Source of the DNA: Lama glama
Lineage: Eukaryota
Length of the DNA: 64,000 nt
Reading direction: 5' to 3'
NCBI GenBank assembly: GCA_028534125.1
Contig: CM052817.1
Span: 46,006,001-46,070,000, forward strand
Within the stretch, counting starts at the first letter, position 1. Every line of letters starts with the position of its first letter. Shown here one piece after another: positions 12,286 to 24,695 of the stretch. Below the pieces are notes generated by a model, which did no database searches, was not told the origin of the DNA, and was given only the letters and a program-made list of their open reading frames with translations. A program made the position numbers and the translations under genes.

Positions 12286-12289
<4 letters not shown>
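12256..12289 (+). repeat. 34-bp exact direct repeat, copy 2, embedded in TA repeats
   Basis: Identical to 11296-11329; flanked by 'tctatatataaaag' and by (TA)n at 12291-12317. Confidence 0.95.
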
Positions 12290-12317
<28 letters not shown>

Positions 12318-12529
12318 CCCCATACTTTCATTTTTTATTTAACACAGACAGGTCATACTTTACTGTGCTGAGAATACAAACTTTAACCTGATGAAGAGAA
12401 AAGTAATAGCAAGTTCAATATTTCACTATCATTTAATAATTTCAGAATAAACTCAGAACTTTGAGGTTCTTTAAGCTCAATTAAATTTTTAACTATCAAA
12501 TCTGATTTTGTTACTCCCTTGATTAACAG

Positions 12530-12762
12530 TGGAAGGACTCTGGAGCAAGTGTGCCTGGTTGGAAGCCTGGTGCCATCAGTTTCTATATATTTGGCATTAG
12601 GCAAGTTGCTTTTTTGTGCTTCGGTCCTCTAATTTAAAATAGGATATAACACTACCTGCTTCGAATTGTTGTACGACTGAGTTCACATCTCTTCCATGTG
12701 TAAAACAGATACTGGCACATCCTAAACCCTACATTTTAGGGATAGTTATTACTATGATTATG
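12530..12762 (+). mobile_element. MIR
   Basis: 'ggactctggagc...taggcaagttg...aaaataggatataactacctgc...ctggcacat'. Confidence 0.65.
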
Positions 12763-12764
12763 AT

Positions 12765-13392
12765 CCAATGGTTTCCTATCGCTCTAGGTCTTAAACTAAA
12801 AAATTACTGACAAGGCCCTGCATGTTCTGCCACTGTCTGTATCACCAAACACCGCCCTGCTCAGGAGTTCTTGAAATGGACTGGGCTTCTTCATCCCTTA
12901 GGTCTTTATACATGGGGCTTCCTCAGCCTCCCTTCATTTTACAGTACCCTACACTCTGCTCTGGGTAGTTCTCACATCTTTAAGTCTCAGCTGAAAAGTC
13001 ACTTTTGAAAAAAGTCTTTTATGACTCTCAGACTAAGACAGATCTCCTCTTGTTGAAAGTGAGCAGTAATCACAGTAATCACCTATTTATCTACCATAAA
13101 CACTCACGACAATGAAAGGAGGTAGTCCTGATTTTTAGTCTAGTATGGTAAGCGTCAATGGGAATTGTCCAAGGCATACCAGGACACACACACTTTCTAC
13201 TACATGGCTGTTGAGTCTTTAACTTTTCTTTTATACATAAGTTTACAATTGCATTGAATTACTTGTGCAAGTATTTATTTATGTCTTATTTTTCTGCTAG
13301 TCTGTAAGCTCTGTGTGTCTTACTCACCACCATATTGCTAGCTCCTGGCATACTGCCTAGCACACTGTCCCAAAAATATTGTTGAATGAGTC
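12765..13392 (+). mobile_element. L2 3' region fragments
   Basis: 'ccaatggtttcctatcgctctagg...caaggccctgcatg' through the tail 'aaatattgttgaatgag'. Confidence 0.7.
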
Positions 13393-13567
13393 AGTGACTA
13401 GTAGTCTTGTATCAAAATCTAAGCAAGTTCCACACTATGCCATATCAGGCCAGTCATGAGTGCAAAAGCCTGACCTTTCTCTCATTTGGAGGAATCAGTA
13501 ATCCAGCTTCCTTCTTCCTGGCCTTTCTTAAGCCTTTGCCTGAGACCTTCTTCGAAGAGGTAGCAGA

Positions 13568-13619
13568 TCCACTGTTGTGTGATTCCACTGTTGTGTGATT
13601 CCACTGTTGTGTGATTCCA
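13568..13619. repeat. Perfect 16-bp tandem repeat, 3.2 copies (CCACTGTTGTGTGATT)
   Basis: Units at 13569-13584, 13585-13600 and 13601-13616. Confidence 0.95.
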
Positions 13620-15999
13620 GTGTCGGTCTTGAACTCTTGACATTGTGTTCTTAGCTTGAAAAATTTCCCACACTTTGGGTTTGCAAAAGTGTATCAGTGG
13701 GCATGTGACTGAGGCAGTAAGTTAAACTGGCTACTGATATTTGTGTAATTATAGGAATCTGGATAAAGGCCAGGAGAGCCTGGGGCTTACATACTTCAAT
13801 GAGTGGCTCAGGCAACATGTCTATTTCTATGCAAATAACTGTAGCATGGAAATTACAATTGTTGAAATGGAATCCATATTTATATTATCCTGAGGTTTCT
13901 TTCTACAGAATAGAAGTAATAGTAAAATGGCCAATTTTTTTAGAATATCCAAAAATTCATTAGCATTTAGAACCATACATAAAAAATACAATAGAAAATC
14001 TTCCAAATTTATAGAATATATACATTATTGACTTGACTCTCCTGCATTGCTATAGGTAAGACATCTAAGTTGCCCATATTTCAATGATGGTATTTCCCAT
14101 GTTTGGGTTCTTTGTAGATGAGTGTAGATGCCCTGTCTGAATCTCTGGTTCAGGAGGATTAGGTGTGCACTCTCCCTGGATCACATTCCATGGGTTAGAA
14201 CAAAGTACACACTCAACAGAACAGGAAATTGGATCAGTAAATGGGAACCAGTCAGAGAATGAAACATAAATGTACATGCTTTTAACAACACTATCTTTTT
14301 TTGCCTCTGGACCTCCCTGACTCAACCTCATTCCATTACCTTCTTTGGAAAGAATTTAGATTATAATTTAATTAATGTTTAATATAAGAATTTAATCTTC
14401 CAAACTAGTTTTAGTCCAGAATCATCCTTTCACTACCATAGAATGCTAAAGCGTTCCTGTAAAACCCTTTGAAAGATCTTAATTATTCTAGAAACATTTA
14501 TATATGTATTTCATTCATGCCATTTATGCCTTCATCCCTTCAGCAAGATGTTTGCTAAGAATTTCCTCTTGGGTATAATGAATCAGTAAAATTTTGAAAT
14601 GAGAGGCAGCACCCAAGTCTCTTCGGTTTTCACCCTTATTACACAAGGCCAAAGACGAGGTCCATTTTCCCTCATTCTCTGTCTAGGGTTTCCTCAATGT
14701 CACTCTAATGTCAAATTTCTTAGCAGAGAGAAAACTTTCCTGATCTCATTTCCTCTTTCTTTGATAAGTTTCAGGGATCAAAAACACTTTCTGTTTTCCC
14801 ATGTCTTTTCATATTTCTAAGCTGTCTAGTTAAGCTATAGTTTATGTGAGGTAGTATAAAACAATATTCTTAGGATTCTCTGAATTCAGTAAAATCTTAA
14901 ACAGTTTCATTTCCTTATCATTTTTCTTCTTATTTGTGATCTAAGTATGAAATACCTCACAAAATTATGAACTTACAAGTAATTGTTTATAACTGTTGTT
15001 AAAATTTCCCCTTTGGAACAAATGGGGATGTACATTTTAAAATAATGGAATTTTTTATATAAATATATATATTCAAAATGACCTCAATAACAGCAAATCA
15101 CTTAGTTGGAAAACAGATTTTTTCTCCCTAAATACATTATAAATTCATTGGCTAAAGCTTTTTAGCCATTTTATTTTGATTTTTTTTATAGAATACTACC
15201 AATTGTCGAATTCAGACCCAATTTTCAGCTCTTCATTTTCACTGAAGGCTATATAATCAAAAGAGTATTTTTTTTAGTTTGGTAGAGTAAGTCATCTAAG
15301 AATTTAAATATAGTAATATATACCTGCTCTTAACCATTTCCATTTAAATATAAAATTTTGGTAAACTCATCACTTCTTTCACTTTTAAAATAATTACAAT
15401 AAAAACAAATACAGAATATATGTGTGTTTTTCCATTTCCCCCCAATGATTATTTCTCTAAAATCTCTCAAACTAATCATTTCTTTTATCCAACTTCAACC
15501 CATATGAAAACCAGCACCAGAAAATCCAGAAGTTATTTTTGTAATAAATTTGATGGTTTAGGAATAATTTTTCTGAATAAGTAAGAGACAAGATTATCTT
15601 AAGAGAGTATTATGACTAATAATACAGTGTATTTAGCAATTGTCACATGGTACATTATATTATCAAGCTGTAAGCATTTAAATAGAAACAATCCTTCTCA
15701 ATTCCTCTGGGTCCTCAGTGGCCAACATTGTTTGGGAACTCCTTTCTGTGACCAAAAGTCGTCCTGTTAGGCTACGATTTTCCAGTAGATTTCAGCTAGG
15801 GTGTAGAGCTTGATATTAGGCTGTGAAGACTGTATCTGCATGAACAAAATACCACCTATCTACTGATGCAATCAGGCAGGTGTAATGAAATCACTCTGGA
15901 TTTCTTAAGCTTATGATGGTGATACAACAGTGCTTATTTTTAAAAATTATTTTTGAAAAAAATTTGGAATGTTTATGAATGTGTACACAAAGGTAGCAA

Positions 16000-16810
16000 G
16001 TTGAAAGGCACAGCGTTTGAAATCATGACCTTTCGTGTTCTACAGACTGGGACTGGCTCTGTTCTGGCATCATCATCTACCAGCTATGTGTCCAGGAGCA
16101 GGTTACAGGTTGGCTGAGTTTCCATGTTTTCATCTGTCCTAAGGCACAGCGAAGTCTGTGGTAGACATACTTGGTTGCCTATGCAAAATCCATTCCCCTC
16201 AGTTCAGGTTTTGGGCATCCTTGCATACAGAGAAATCTGGGCCTCTTCTCAGCCTCGGGAGGCAAATATTGATTAGATTAAGTGCTATTCGCAGTGAGAG
16301 TGACTGATAAAGAGTGGGCATGTCATGAAATTACAGACAACAAATCATGATGTGAGTCTGTGTCGCATCATCTAGAAACTTGCCTTCCTTCTGAAAATGG
16401 ATCATGTTCTCTTTTCAGTCCTTTGGATGTTGTGTGAGGCTATGATGCTCAGAGCAGCAACTGCCATCTTGTAACCATAAGCCATTAAGCCTTAAACAGT
16501 GCCAGGAGGGCAGAGCAGGTAAAAAAGCACCTGGGTCCTTGACATCACCAAGCTGAGGCATAACTTATCCTTAGACACTCCCAACTCTGTATTTCTTGTT
16601 ATTTGAAATAACAGATTTCTTTTAACATTTATACCATTTTGAATTGGGTCTTAATCTAGCCCTTGCAGCTGAAAACATTTGAATAGATATAAATAATTAC
16701 CTCCATTCCGTTGTTTTGAGAATTAAATGAAATGCCATGTAAAATGCATGCTTGGCACAGCTCTCAGAATTTTATTACTGTTTATTATTATTATTATTAT
16801 TATTATTATT
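16000..16810 (+). mobile_element. MIR split by an MLT1 LTR, ending in a (TTA)n tail (~16782-16810)
   Basis: MIR 5' part ends 'ttttcatctgt'; the 3' part 'gttgttttgagaattaaatgaaatgccatgtaaaatgc...tggcacag' resumes after the LTR. Confidence 0.65.
16157..16691 (+). mobile_element. Old MaLR LTR (MLT1J/K-like)
   Basis: Starts 'tgtggtagac'; contains 'gcaactgccatcttgtaaccat'; ends 'ttgcagctgaaaacatttgaatagatata'. Confidence 0.7.
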
Positions 16811-17889
16811 GATGTTAAAACTGCTACTTCTTCAATGGTTCTCATGTCAGATTTCAGCATTAGTTTTGGGCAAAATTATGAGGTGTGAATTGGAAAAAAT
16901 GGGGAAAAATTATTTTCTCCAGTCTATTTTCTTCTTTCCTCTTTCAGTATGTCCTCCACTTGCTTTTGTACCCCTGAATCCCTCCTACCATGCATAAGAT
17001 GGATTAGTGATTGTAACATGTAAAGGTATATGCTTAATAAGACATTTTTTAACCCAAAGAAATGATACCCCCAGTGTTAGAATTCCAAATACCATATCAA
17101 GTTAGTGGGTAAAAATATGGGGTAAGTGAGACTTCTCTGCATCTCCAAAATGTTACCATATAAACACTCACTTACATCTAACACCAAAACTTCCAGCATA
17201 CAAGTGGTCACTAAATCCCACATTGTTTTTTGTCTAGTCACACTGCCTTGTAAGTGAAGAATTCCCCTCTCTGGTATAATTGCTAACACTGGATAATTAT
17301 CAGGTGGTGCCCTGAGCATTTCAGATCATTATCTGTTGACAGTGAGAACTGTTCATTTTTAAACCAGTAAGAGAAGCTAATTTTTCCTTTGCATATCTAC
17401 AGAACTTGTGGGGGGTTAAAAACGGAAGATGTGAGTCTCTCTTGCATTTCCAGGGGACTTGGCCACTGTATTTACTGTTCTAAAGTTGAGAAGAGTTGCT
17501 TAATTCCTTCCAAGCATGAAGAGAGATGGGTGTGTATTGCACATTGACACACGAAAAGAAGCAACTTCAAGAATTTACAAGATCATTTCTTCTGTTTTAG
17601 CTCTTATTTGGTGTGAGACATCGCCACACACTTCAGAATGTAAAGCAAATTATTAGGAAATACAGCCAACTATGGAGAAAAAATGGACAAACACTACCTC
17701 TCACTTCTATCTCCCCTTAAGAAGAATGACAGAAATCTGAGCACTTTCCCAAAGACCTAGAATGTCTTGAGATCAATTTCATGACTAATTTTCTAGTCAA
17801 CTATCTATACAGAAGGCAGCCCTCTTTATTCCAATGTCCCCAAGGGGGGCCTTAATGGGAAAGTTTCTTCTATGTGCTATCCTTACAGG

Positions 17890-18068
17890 TAGGACTAGTG
17901 AGATAATTTGCAAAAGTTAATATAAAATGAAATGTGAGGCCCCTTATTCAAAAGTTATTAAGAATTTCAAGGCAGAGGCAACAGGTCATTAAAGCCAGCA
18001 TTGAAGGGGAACCTCAGAGCTGGGGGCCTAGATGCTGTCCAGATGACCACAGGTGAAGCTGGTCCCTC
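17890..18068 (+). mobile_element. MER91-like hAT-Tip100 non-autonomous DNA element
   Basis: 'ataatttgc...aaaatgaaatgtgaggccccttattcaaaagttattaagaatttcaag...gaagctggtccct'. Confidence 0.7.
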
Positions 18069-18109
18069 TGGACAGAGCTGATTTTACTCATCTCTCTGCC
18101 TCTTTAGAG

Positions 18110-18400
18110 TTAGGCATGTGAAGTAGTGGAAAGAGCGTGGAGGGCGACAGACTTAGTTGAAAGCCTGGCTCTTTTCCTTCTGCATTTGCTGGTGTGAATG
18201 AGGTACAGTCTCAACTCTTGCACAGCACTGCTCAGAGGCTTAAATGCTCTAAGCACCCATTGCAGTACCTTTGACAAGAGAGACCAAGTAAATGGTTTCA
18301 GAGAGCCTGGGTTTAAATCTTGGAAAGGTCTAGTCTCTTGTCCAGGTGACTAGGACCCCATTTGAGTGAGTGTTAGGTCATACTTTTCTGGCTTTACTCT
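18110..18400 (+). mobile_element. Degenerate MIR fragments
   Basis: 'gtagtggaaagagcgtgg...cagacttagttgaaagcctggctc' and 'gcctgggtttaaatcttgg'. Confidence 0.5.
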
Positions 18401-18650
18401 GTTCTGTAGCCTACACGCTAATGCCCACTTACAGACATCTGGTGGATGTGGTCACAAGGAAAGCTAAGTGAGGGTCAGCACAGTGGTCAGCACAACCCAC
18501 TCTGTATCATGAAAATAATTCAAAAGGCTCAATAGTGTAATATTTGTATCCAGTAGATGCATAGTGCTGTCATCTCAAATAATGGAAGATTTTCTTCCTT
18601 TCCTTTCTTTTGTTTTAGTTTGTTAACATACTCCAAATAGGAAATGACAT

Positions 18651-18651
18651 T

Positions 18652-18710
<59 letters not shown>
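18651..18710. repeat. (TTTA)15 microsatellite
   Basis: Read directly from the sequence. Confidence 0.95.
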
Positions 18711-18711
<1 letters not shown>

Positions 18712-20059
18712 ATTTATTTTTAAATTTATTTTGCTTTGAATTGACAACCGTAATGTCTAATCAAAAAGCCAATATCTAGATTCTAACTAACAGAGGAAAA
18801 GGGAGCTCCTTTGGAGATCACCAGCTAAAATAAAATAAAGCACCTTTTGTCTGAAGTTCATATCTGGTGTGGGAAAAGTGGTTAACTCACCTATCGGCTT
18901 CTTGCGTTCACATTTCTAAGAATTAATATAATGAAAATTAAACAGGTGAATAAGGGGAAACACGTGCAGTATTAATTCTTGAATAGCTGAATCGAATGTC
19001 AAAGAAAGCTTTGGAGCCACAGTAAAATAATCTGCCCAGATTCCTTGTTACTCTGTATTTAGGATTTCTGCCCATCTTTGAAAAAAAGTCGTAACAGAAA
19101 AGAAGAATGTTTCCCTCTGCACTGGGATTTAATCCTTGACTATTCCTCCGATGTTGACTAACACTTGGGAAGACACATGATTTTGGGGAAAACCTTCTTT
19201 TAATAAGTGATGATACTGTTGTCTGGAGTCTATGAAATAAACATGCTGCCTAGAGTTATGCTGTTTACAGGAATGATGGTGTTTCCATGTTCTCAGGAAC
19301 TGGGAAGATTATCTCACCAAACAAATGTTTATTTTTCTTGATAAATAAGGATCTGCCCAGTATATTTATTACTTGATTGTGTTTAGGCCCCTTTGTGTTT
19401 GTCTCTGTCTACATGGGTGTGAGATTAGATTTTTAACCCCCAAATGGTGGGGCTGGTGCTCAGTGTCATCTAATAATGTCTTCAAAACCCTCTATAAATC
19501 TGTAAGCCAGGACAGGTCTGGTTTGCTATCATGATAAGGAATCTATTTTGAGATTCAGGCTTCGTATGATATATATGAAACATGAAGCCAACCAGAAGCC
19601 ATACTTTTTAATGATTGATTTTTGATAGATCTTGTGCTAGACAATGGCACCAACCCATGAGCACCAAACACAGGGGCAATAAAAGGATGAAGGGAGTTGA
19701 TTACAGAGAATAGAATAGACGATATTCTCACATTTTCATAAGAGGCCTCAGCTATAGGCACCCAGCCATCTAGATGAAGGAAAGTAGATAGCCACACCAG
19801 TGAGGCTTTTAAAATATCTAAGCAGCTGACAGATGAGAGATTATAGTGAATAAGTTCTGAAATTTGGTGGGATCTTTGTGTGGCTTCTTTTGCCCTGAAA
19901 ATGGGAGCCTTCCATTTGTAGCCATTAGTACATTCAGTCCCCAGTGACAAAGTGGTGGCTTCAGATGATGGGCCAGGGGAGCGGAGATGGACCAGGAGTT
20001 AGGAGAGAAGGTGGTGTATGGATGAGATTCACACCATAACCCAGAAGGCAGCAGTGATG

Positions 20060-20405
20060 CCAGAGAACGGCTTCAATTTTTGAAATCAATCAAACTCAGG
20101 TCTAGTCCGGGCTCTGGCCCTTGTTCTTTTGAGAAAATTATTCAAAAGATCTGAAATTTGACTTCGTCATCTCTGAAGGGTAAACGATCCCACCTACCAC
20201 AATGAATTGAAGTAGTTCAGTGCAGTGGCCAAAAGCATCAAAGCCAGCCTCAAAATCACTTCCACCTTGTCCAAGTTACTGCACCTCTGTGGGCCTCAGT
20301 TTCCTCACTTGTACGTTGCAGTGAATGACACCTAATGTCACATGGTTGTTTTGATAACTAAAGCTCCTGGCGCATAATAATTGCTCAACAAATGTTAGTC
20401 GTTAT
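20060..20405 (+). mobile_element. Two adjacent MIR fragments
   Basis: Core 'caagttactgcacctctgtgggcctcagtttcctcacttgt...cctggcgcataataattgctcaacaaatgttag'. Confidence 0.7.
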
Positions 20406-20889
20406 TCATTTTCAACAAATACGTATTGAGTACGTTTGTGGGGCCCTGCCCAAACCACTAATGAAACTAACTAATGTGTTTTGGTCACAGAAGACACGCA
20501 AGAAATATTTGATGGATGAAAGGGAAGGCGAACCTCTTGGTGTGTCCCTAAGATTTGGTTAGGCTTTGACTATCCAATCCAGCATTCTTTACGTGTCACT
20601 GGGCAACTGGCTGGTTGTTTTTTTTCCAGCTGGAGTTTCTGGTTCACAATGAGTGGAGTCCAAAGTATTCCTTTACCCAACAATGAGATTAGCAGGAAAA
20701 GAGAAATGAGTCACTGTACTCTCCTTTCTCTGGGGTCTTTGTTATTGTCCCAAAGGGGTGATAGAGCAGGTCAGCCAAAGGAAAAGACAAACAAAGTGAC
20801 CACAGGTATCTTTTTAAAAAGCTACCTGAAATGGAAAGTAAATATATATATATATATATCTCCATATTTTCAACTGTCAAGATGAAAAA

Positions 20890-21052
20890 CAGGGGTTTTT
20901 ATATAGAGTGCATGTATGGGATTAGTGGGTGTGAGAGTCTTCTGTAATTGTAAGCATTTTTTTAGGTGCTTATGCATTTTTCTGGAGGAAGAGGCTAGTG
21001 TTTCCTTAAGTTTTTTGAGAGATCTACTAGCCAATAAAAGGTTGAGATCTAG
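20890..21052. mobile_element. Old hAT-Charlie-type MITE (family uncertain)
   Basis: 'tatgcatttttctggaggaagaggc...aaaaggttgaga'; a related element lies in the opposite orientation at 44543-44727. Confidence 0.5.
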
Positions 21053-21170
21053 TAAGCAATGAGTATGGGAAACAAATAAGGAGATTAAGGTGATTTTGAG
21101 GTCAAAGCTTCAATTTATGGAGTGTAAACAAATGTAAATATGAAGAAAAACCTGAGTCAGAAAAAGGTGG

Positions 21171-21202
21171 TCAAGCTTATTAGACTTCAAGCTTATTAGA
21201 CT
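21171..21202. repeat. Perfect 16-bp tandem duplication (TCAAGCTTATTAGACT x2)
   Basis: Read directly from the sequence. Confidence 0.95.
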
Positions 21203-22114
21203 CCAAAGGGATGAAAAATCCATTTCCGGGAAAGGGTTCAGTGCCCAGTTGCTGTCAAGATGCATGAAAGCCTGCTGGATCTACTTACCTCAAGATCATT
21301 AGGACCTCGGAAGGTTTTTTGAGAGATCATAATTATGCACTATGAAAACATATTCTCAATCACAGTTTCAAGCTGTTGATATTTTTAATAGGCTAATTTA
21401 CTTGAAATTTGAAACTCTGAAAAAGTAGATTTTGTAAGTAATAACAGCAACCAAAAGTCTAAAATGATCTGCCACCTGCCCTGAGTAGTCAGTGCTGCTT
21501 AAATGCCACTGATGGTGCTTAAAACCCAAGTATGTCAGCATCTGTGGTACAGAAACAAGTACCGTGACACAAGCATATTAGCATTTGGTAAGAACAATTG
21601 CCAGTAAACACCGCTGACATTTCAGAGGCATTTTGCAAGCACAGGCATTAGGGAGGATCTGCTGGTGCTAGGATGGTTTGGCACCTTCGAACATTCTCCC
21701 TATTGTTATGAATAAATGAATCAGCCTCTTAATTTCTATTCTACCTGAAACATGGGAAATTCCCAAGAAGAGATTTCTTAAGACTCTATCCTGAGCCACA
21801 GAGAACAGAGAGCATTCCTTGCTTTGCTCCATTTCCCAGCTTAACTTTTTATTTCTTTTTCCCCTTTAGTAGTAGTAGTAGTACAAGAGTAAGATAATAG
21901 TCAGAGATGGGGAGGGGAGACTGGGCATTAAACATGGTTTATAGGTTAAGTGTTTTCAAAGCCTGGCTTGGTGAATCATCTAAGGTCCAAACACAATGTA
22001 AGACAAATATCCAAAAACATAATCTTTTATTTTCATAGTAACCATTTGTGTTCATATTTAAGGACATCTAGGTCTGTACAACCTTGACTTATCACTCCTT
22101 TCTAAATATTTATT

Positions 22115-22570
22115 TATACCGTTGTGGTTTCTGACTCCTAGCATCCACTTCTCCTTCCAGGAGCACCTCTTCTGATCTTTCTTTGCAGAATTACTTCTAT
22201 TCAGCTGTTAGGTTAAGGTGGCACTAAACTCCCATCCCGTTTAATCCAACTCCAGGGGCTCATGACCTAGATTGGGTAATAAGAGTATTCCGTCACTTTG
22301 GCCTCAGGATTGACTCAGAAACAGGCTAGTTGCAAGTTAGGCCAGTGGGACTCAACCCCAGGACACATGTGTCTGCCCACCTACTGAGGTGTCAGGCTAT
22401 GAATCCGGAGCTTCTAGGCTCTATTGTAAAGGAGAACTTGCTGGAGAATGGCACCAACACAGGGAATCACAGTGGTATTTGAGTATTTGCCTTCAGTCAT
22501 ATCTGAAGCTGAAGCTACTCCTAGAATTTTCAATACCTAGGCCAATAAATTCCTAATTCTTTTTTTAGGG
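22115..22570 (+). mobile_element. Old MaLR LTR (MLT1K/L-like)
   Basis: 'ggctcatgacctagattgg...gagaatggcaccaacacag...tctgaagc...gccaataaattcc'. Confidence 0.6.
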
Positions 22571-22654
22571 CGTGGGGGATGCGGGAAGCTTGGAGAGGTG
22601 AAGAGAGTGTTTCTAAATCCGGTTTGAAAGGGTTTCTCGAAGGAAGCCAGACTG

Positions 22655-22935
22655 AAACACATTCTGTTCCCTTTGCTTGGAAAACCTTCTTGCCTTCTCT
22701 TTACTTCCCAAATGTGTACTCATTTTCAAGGCTCAGCCTGAACCTCGCCCTTTCCAGGAAGTCTTCCTTGACCATCCCAACCAATGAGCTCACCCTCCCT
22801 TGACATCTTACATCAGTGTTCTAGTTCTTATTCCTTGTCTGCCAGGGATTGTTGACCTTGGAATGCAGGTATTTTTTTTTCCAGGTGGTAATCTTATTTC
22901 CTAAAGGGTAAAGCCAGTCCTTAAACATTTTATGT
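22655..22935 (+). mobile_element. L2 fragment
   Basis: 'ctgttccctttgcttggaaaacc...aaggctcagcctgaacctcgccctttccaggaagtcttccttgacc'. Confidence 0.7.
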
Positions 22936-23006
22936 TCTCAGCCTGTGCCATAGAAGGTTATACATGGTAGGTAAGAAATATATATATACAAATATATATC
23001 TATTGT

Positions 23007-23051
23007 ATACACACACACACACGCAAACACACACACACACACACACACACC
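23007..23051. repeat. Interrupted (CA)n microsatellite
   Basis: Read directly from the sequence. Confidence 0.9.
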
Positions 23052-24096
23052 TGTGGCTTTAATGAATGTGATGAAAATAGATACAAGTACACTTCTTATC
23101 CACAAGTTACTCCAGAATAAAACCTTGCAAGAATTACATGATTGCATAGTCATAAGGAAGATAAACAAGTACAGGGATTGCAGCTATCAGGATGATACTA
23201 TTTGGTGTAAAGGGAAGGGCAAATACTGTATCAGAATTTTCAAGTCATATGTATTACATGGTGGACCTTTTTTTATTGCTAACAGATAAGGGACTTGAGA
23301 TTAGTATCTTCACAATTTATCACGTTTCCCCAGAGTTGGTGAGCTCACTCACCACTGATGTTGAGAACAACAGTTAAGAGTGTGAGGCACAAACAGGACA
23401 TACTGTAATGGGACATGGAGCTGAGACCTCAAAATGAAATACACAGTAGTTATTAAAACATCTCAATTAGGAGTCAGCGCCACCATGTTTAAGGTCATTT
23501 CAGCAAAATCACCAAGTTTGCTTCCCCAGAGAGGATTGTTGCCTTGTTCCCTTGAGCACTCAGCTACTGCAGTCTCCTTTCCTTGTCCAGCCCTGGGTGT
23601 TTCAACAGCCTCCTTCTACAATCTGCCTGGCCCAGTTTATAAAACTTATTCCAGTCAATAGACAAGCTGTATGAGGATCAAATCATCCAGATTTTCCTAG
23701 CACACTGACTTCCATAAACATGTTATGTAGGTACTTTAAGTCCAGAAGGTTGTAAACAAGGGTTCCAACAAAGAACTTAACGTCTAAGAAGAGAAGGAAA
23801 CCTAAACATCCATGTTTGCAGTGTAGGAGCAGACAAGGCGCGGGGCCACAGGACAGCAGACTGAGCCCACCCCCTCATCCTCCCAGCACTTCTGATCCTA
23901 CCCCCTTCCTTAAGAGGAACTTGGGGTACTTAACTGCAATGTAATTGTCCAAGTCATACAGTAAATTAGAAGCTTTTATATCACAAGATTTCAAATCACA
24001 GCTCTGAGTTTCTGGTCTCAGATTCGGTTGCTCTCCAGTCTCACCATCAATTATATTTTTCACTAGATACTGGCAGATAATTTTCTGACAAGTTCA

Positions 24097-24534
24097 TTTT
24101 TCTTTAACTGAAGTATAGTTAGTTTACAATGTTGTGTCAATTTCTGGTATATGGCATAATGTTTCAGTCATGCATATACATATGTATATTCCATTATGGA
24201 TTACTACAAGATATTGAATGCACTTTCCTCTGCTATACAGTATAAACTTGTTTATCTATTTTGTATATAGTACCTGCAAATCTCAAACTCTCAATTTATG
24301 CCTTCCCACCCCTATCCCACCCTGATAACCATAAGTTTGTTTTCTATGTCTGTAAGTCTGTTTCTGTTTTGTAATTAAGTCTATGTCTTTTTTTCAGATT
24401 CCACATATAAGTGATATCATATGATATTTTTCTTTCTCCTTCTGGCTTACTTCACTTAGAATGACTGCCTCTAGGTCATTCATGTTGCTGCAAATGGAAT
24501 TACTTTATTCTTTTTTATGGCTGAGTAGCATTCC

Positions 24535-24570
<36 letters not shown>

Positions 24571-24695
24571 TGTGTATAAACACACACACACATCTTCTTT
24601 ATCCAGTCATCTGTCCATGGACATTAAGGTTGTTTCCATGTCTTGGCTACTGTAAATAGTGCTTCTATGAACATTTGGGTGCATGTATTTTTTTT
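24097..24695 (-). mobile_element. 5'-truncated young L1 (ORF2 end plus 3' UTR) with an internal (TG)n at ~24537-24575
   Basis: Reverse complement of the L1 3' end seen at 26660-27225 and 44838-45447, e.g. 'gaagtatagttagtttacaatgttgtgtcaatttct'. Confidence 0.95.

Noticed and set aside
13568..13619. Short direct repeats considered as a CRISPR-like array
   Set aside because: The units are head-to-tail with no spacers, there are no cas genes, and the DNA is mammalian.
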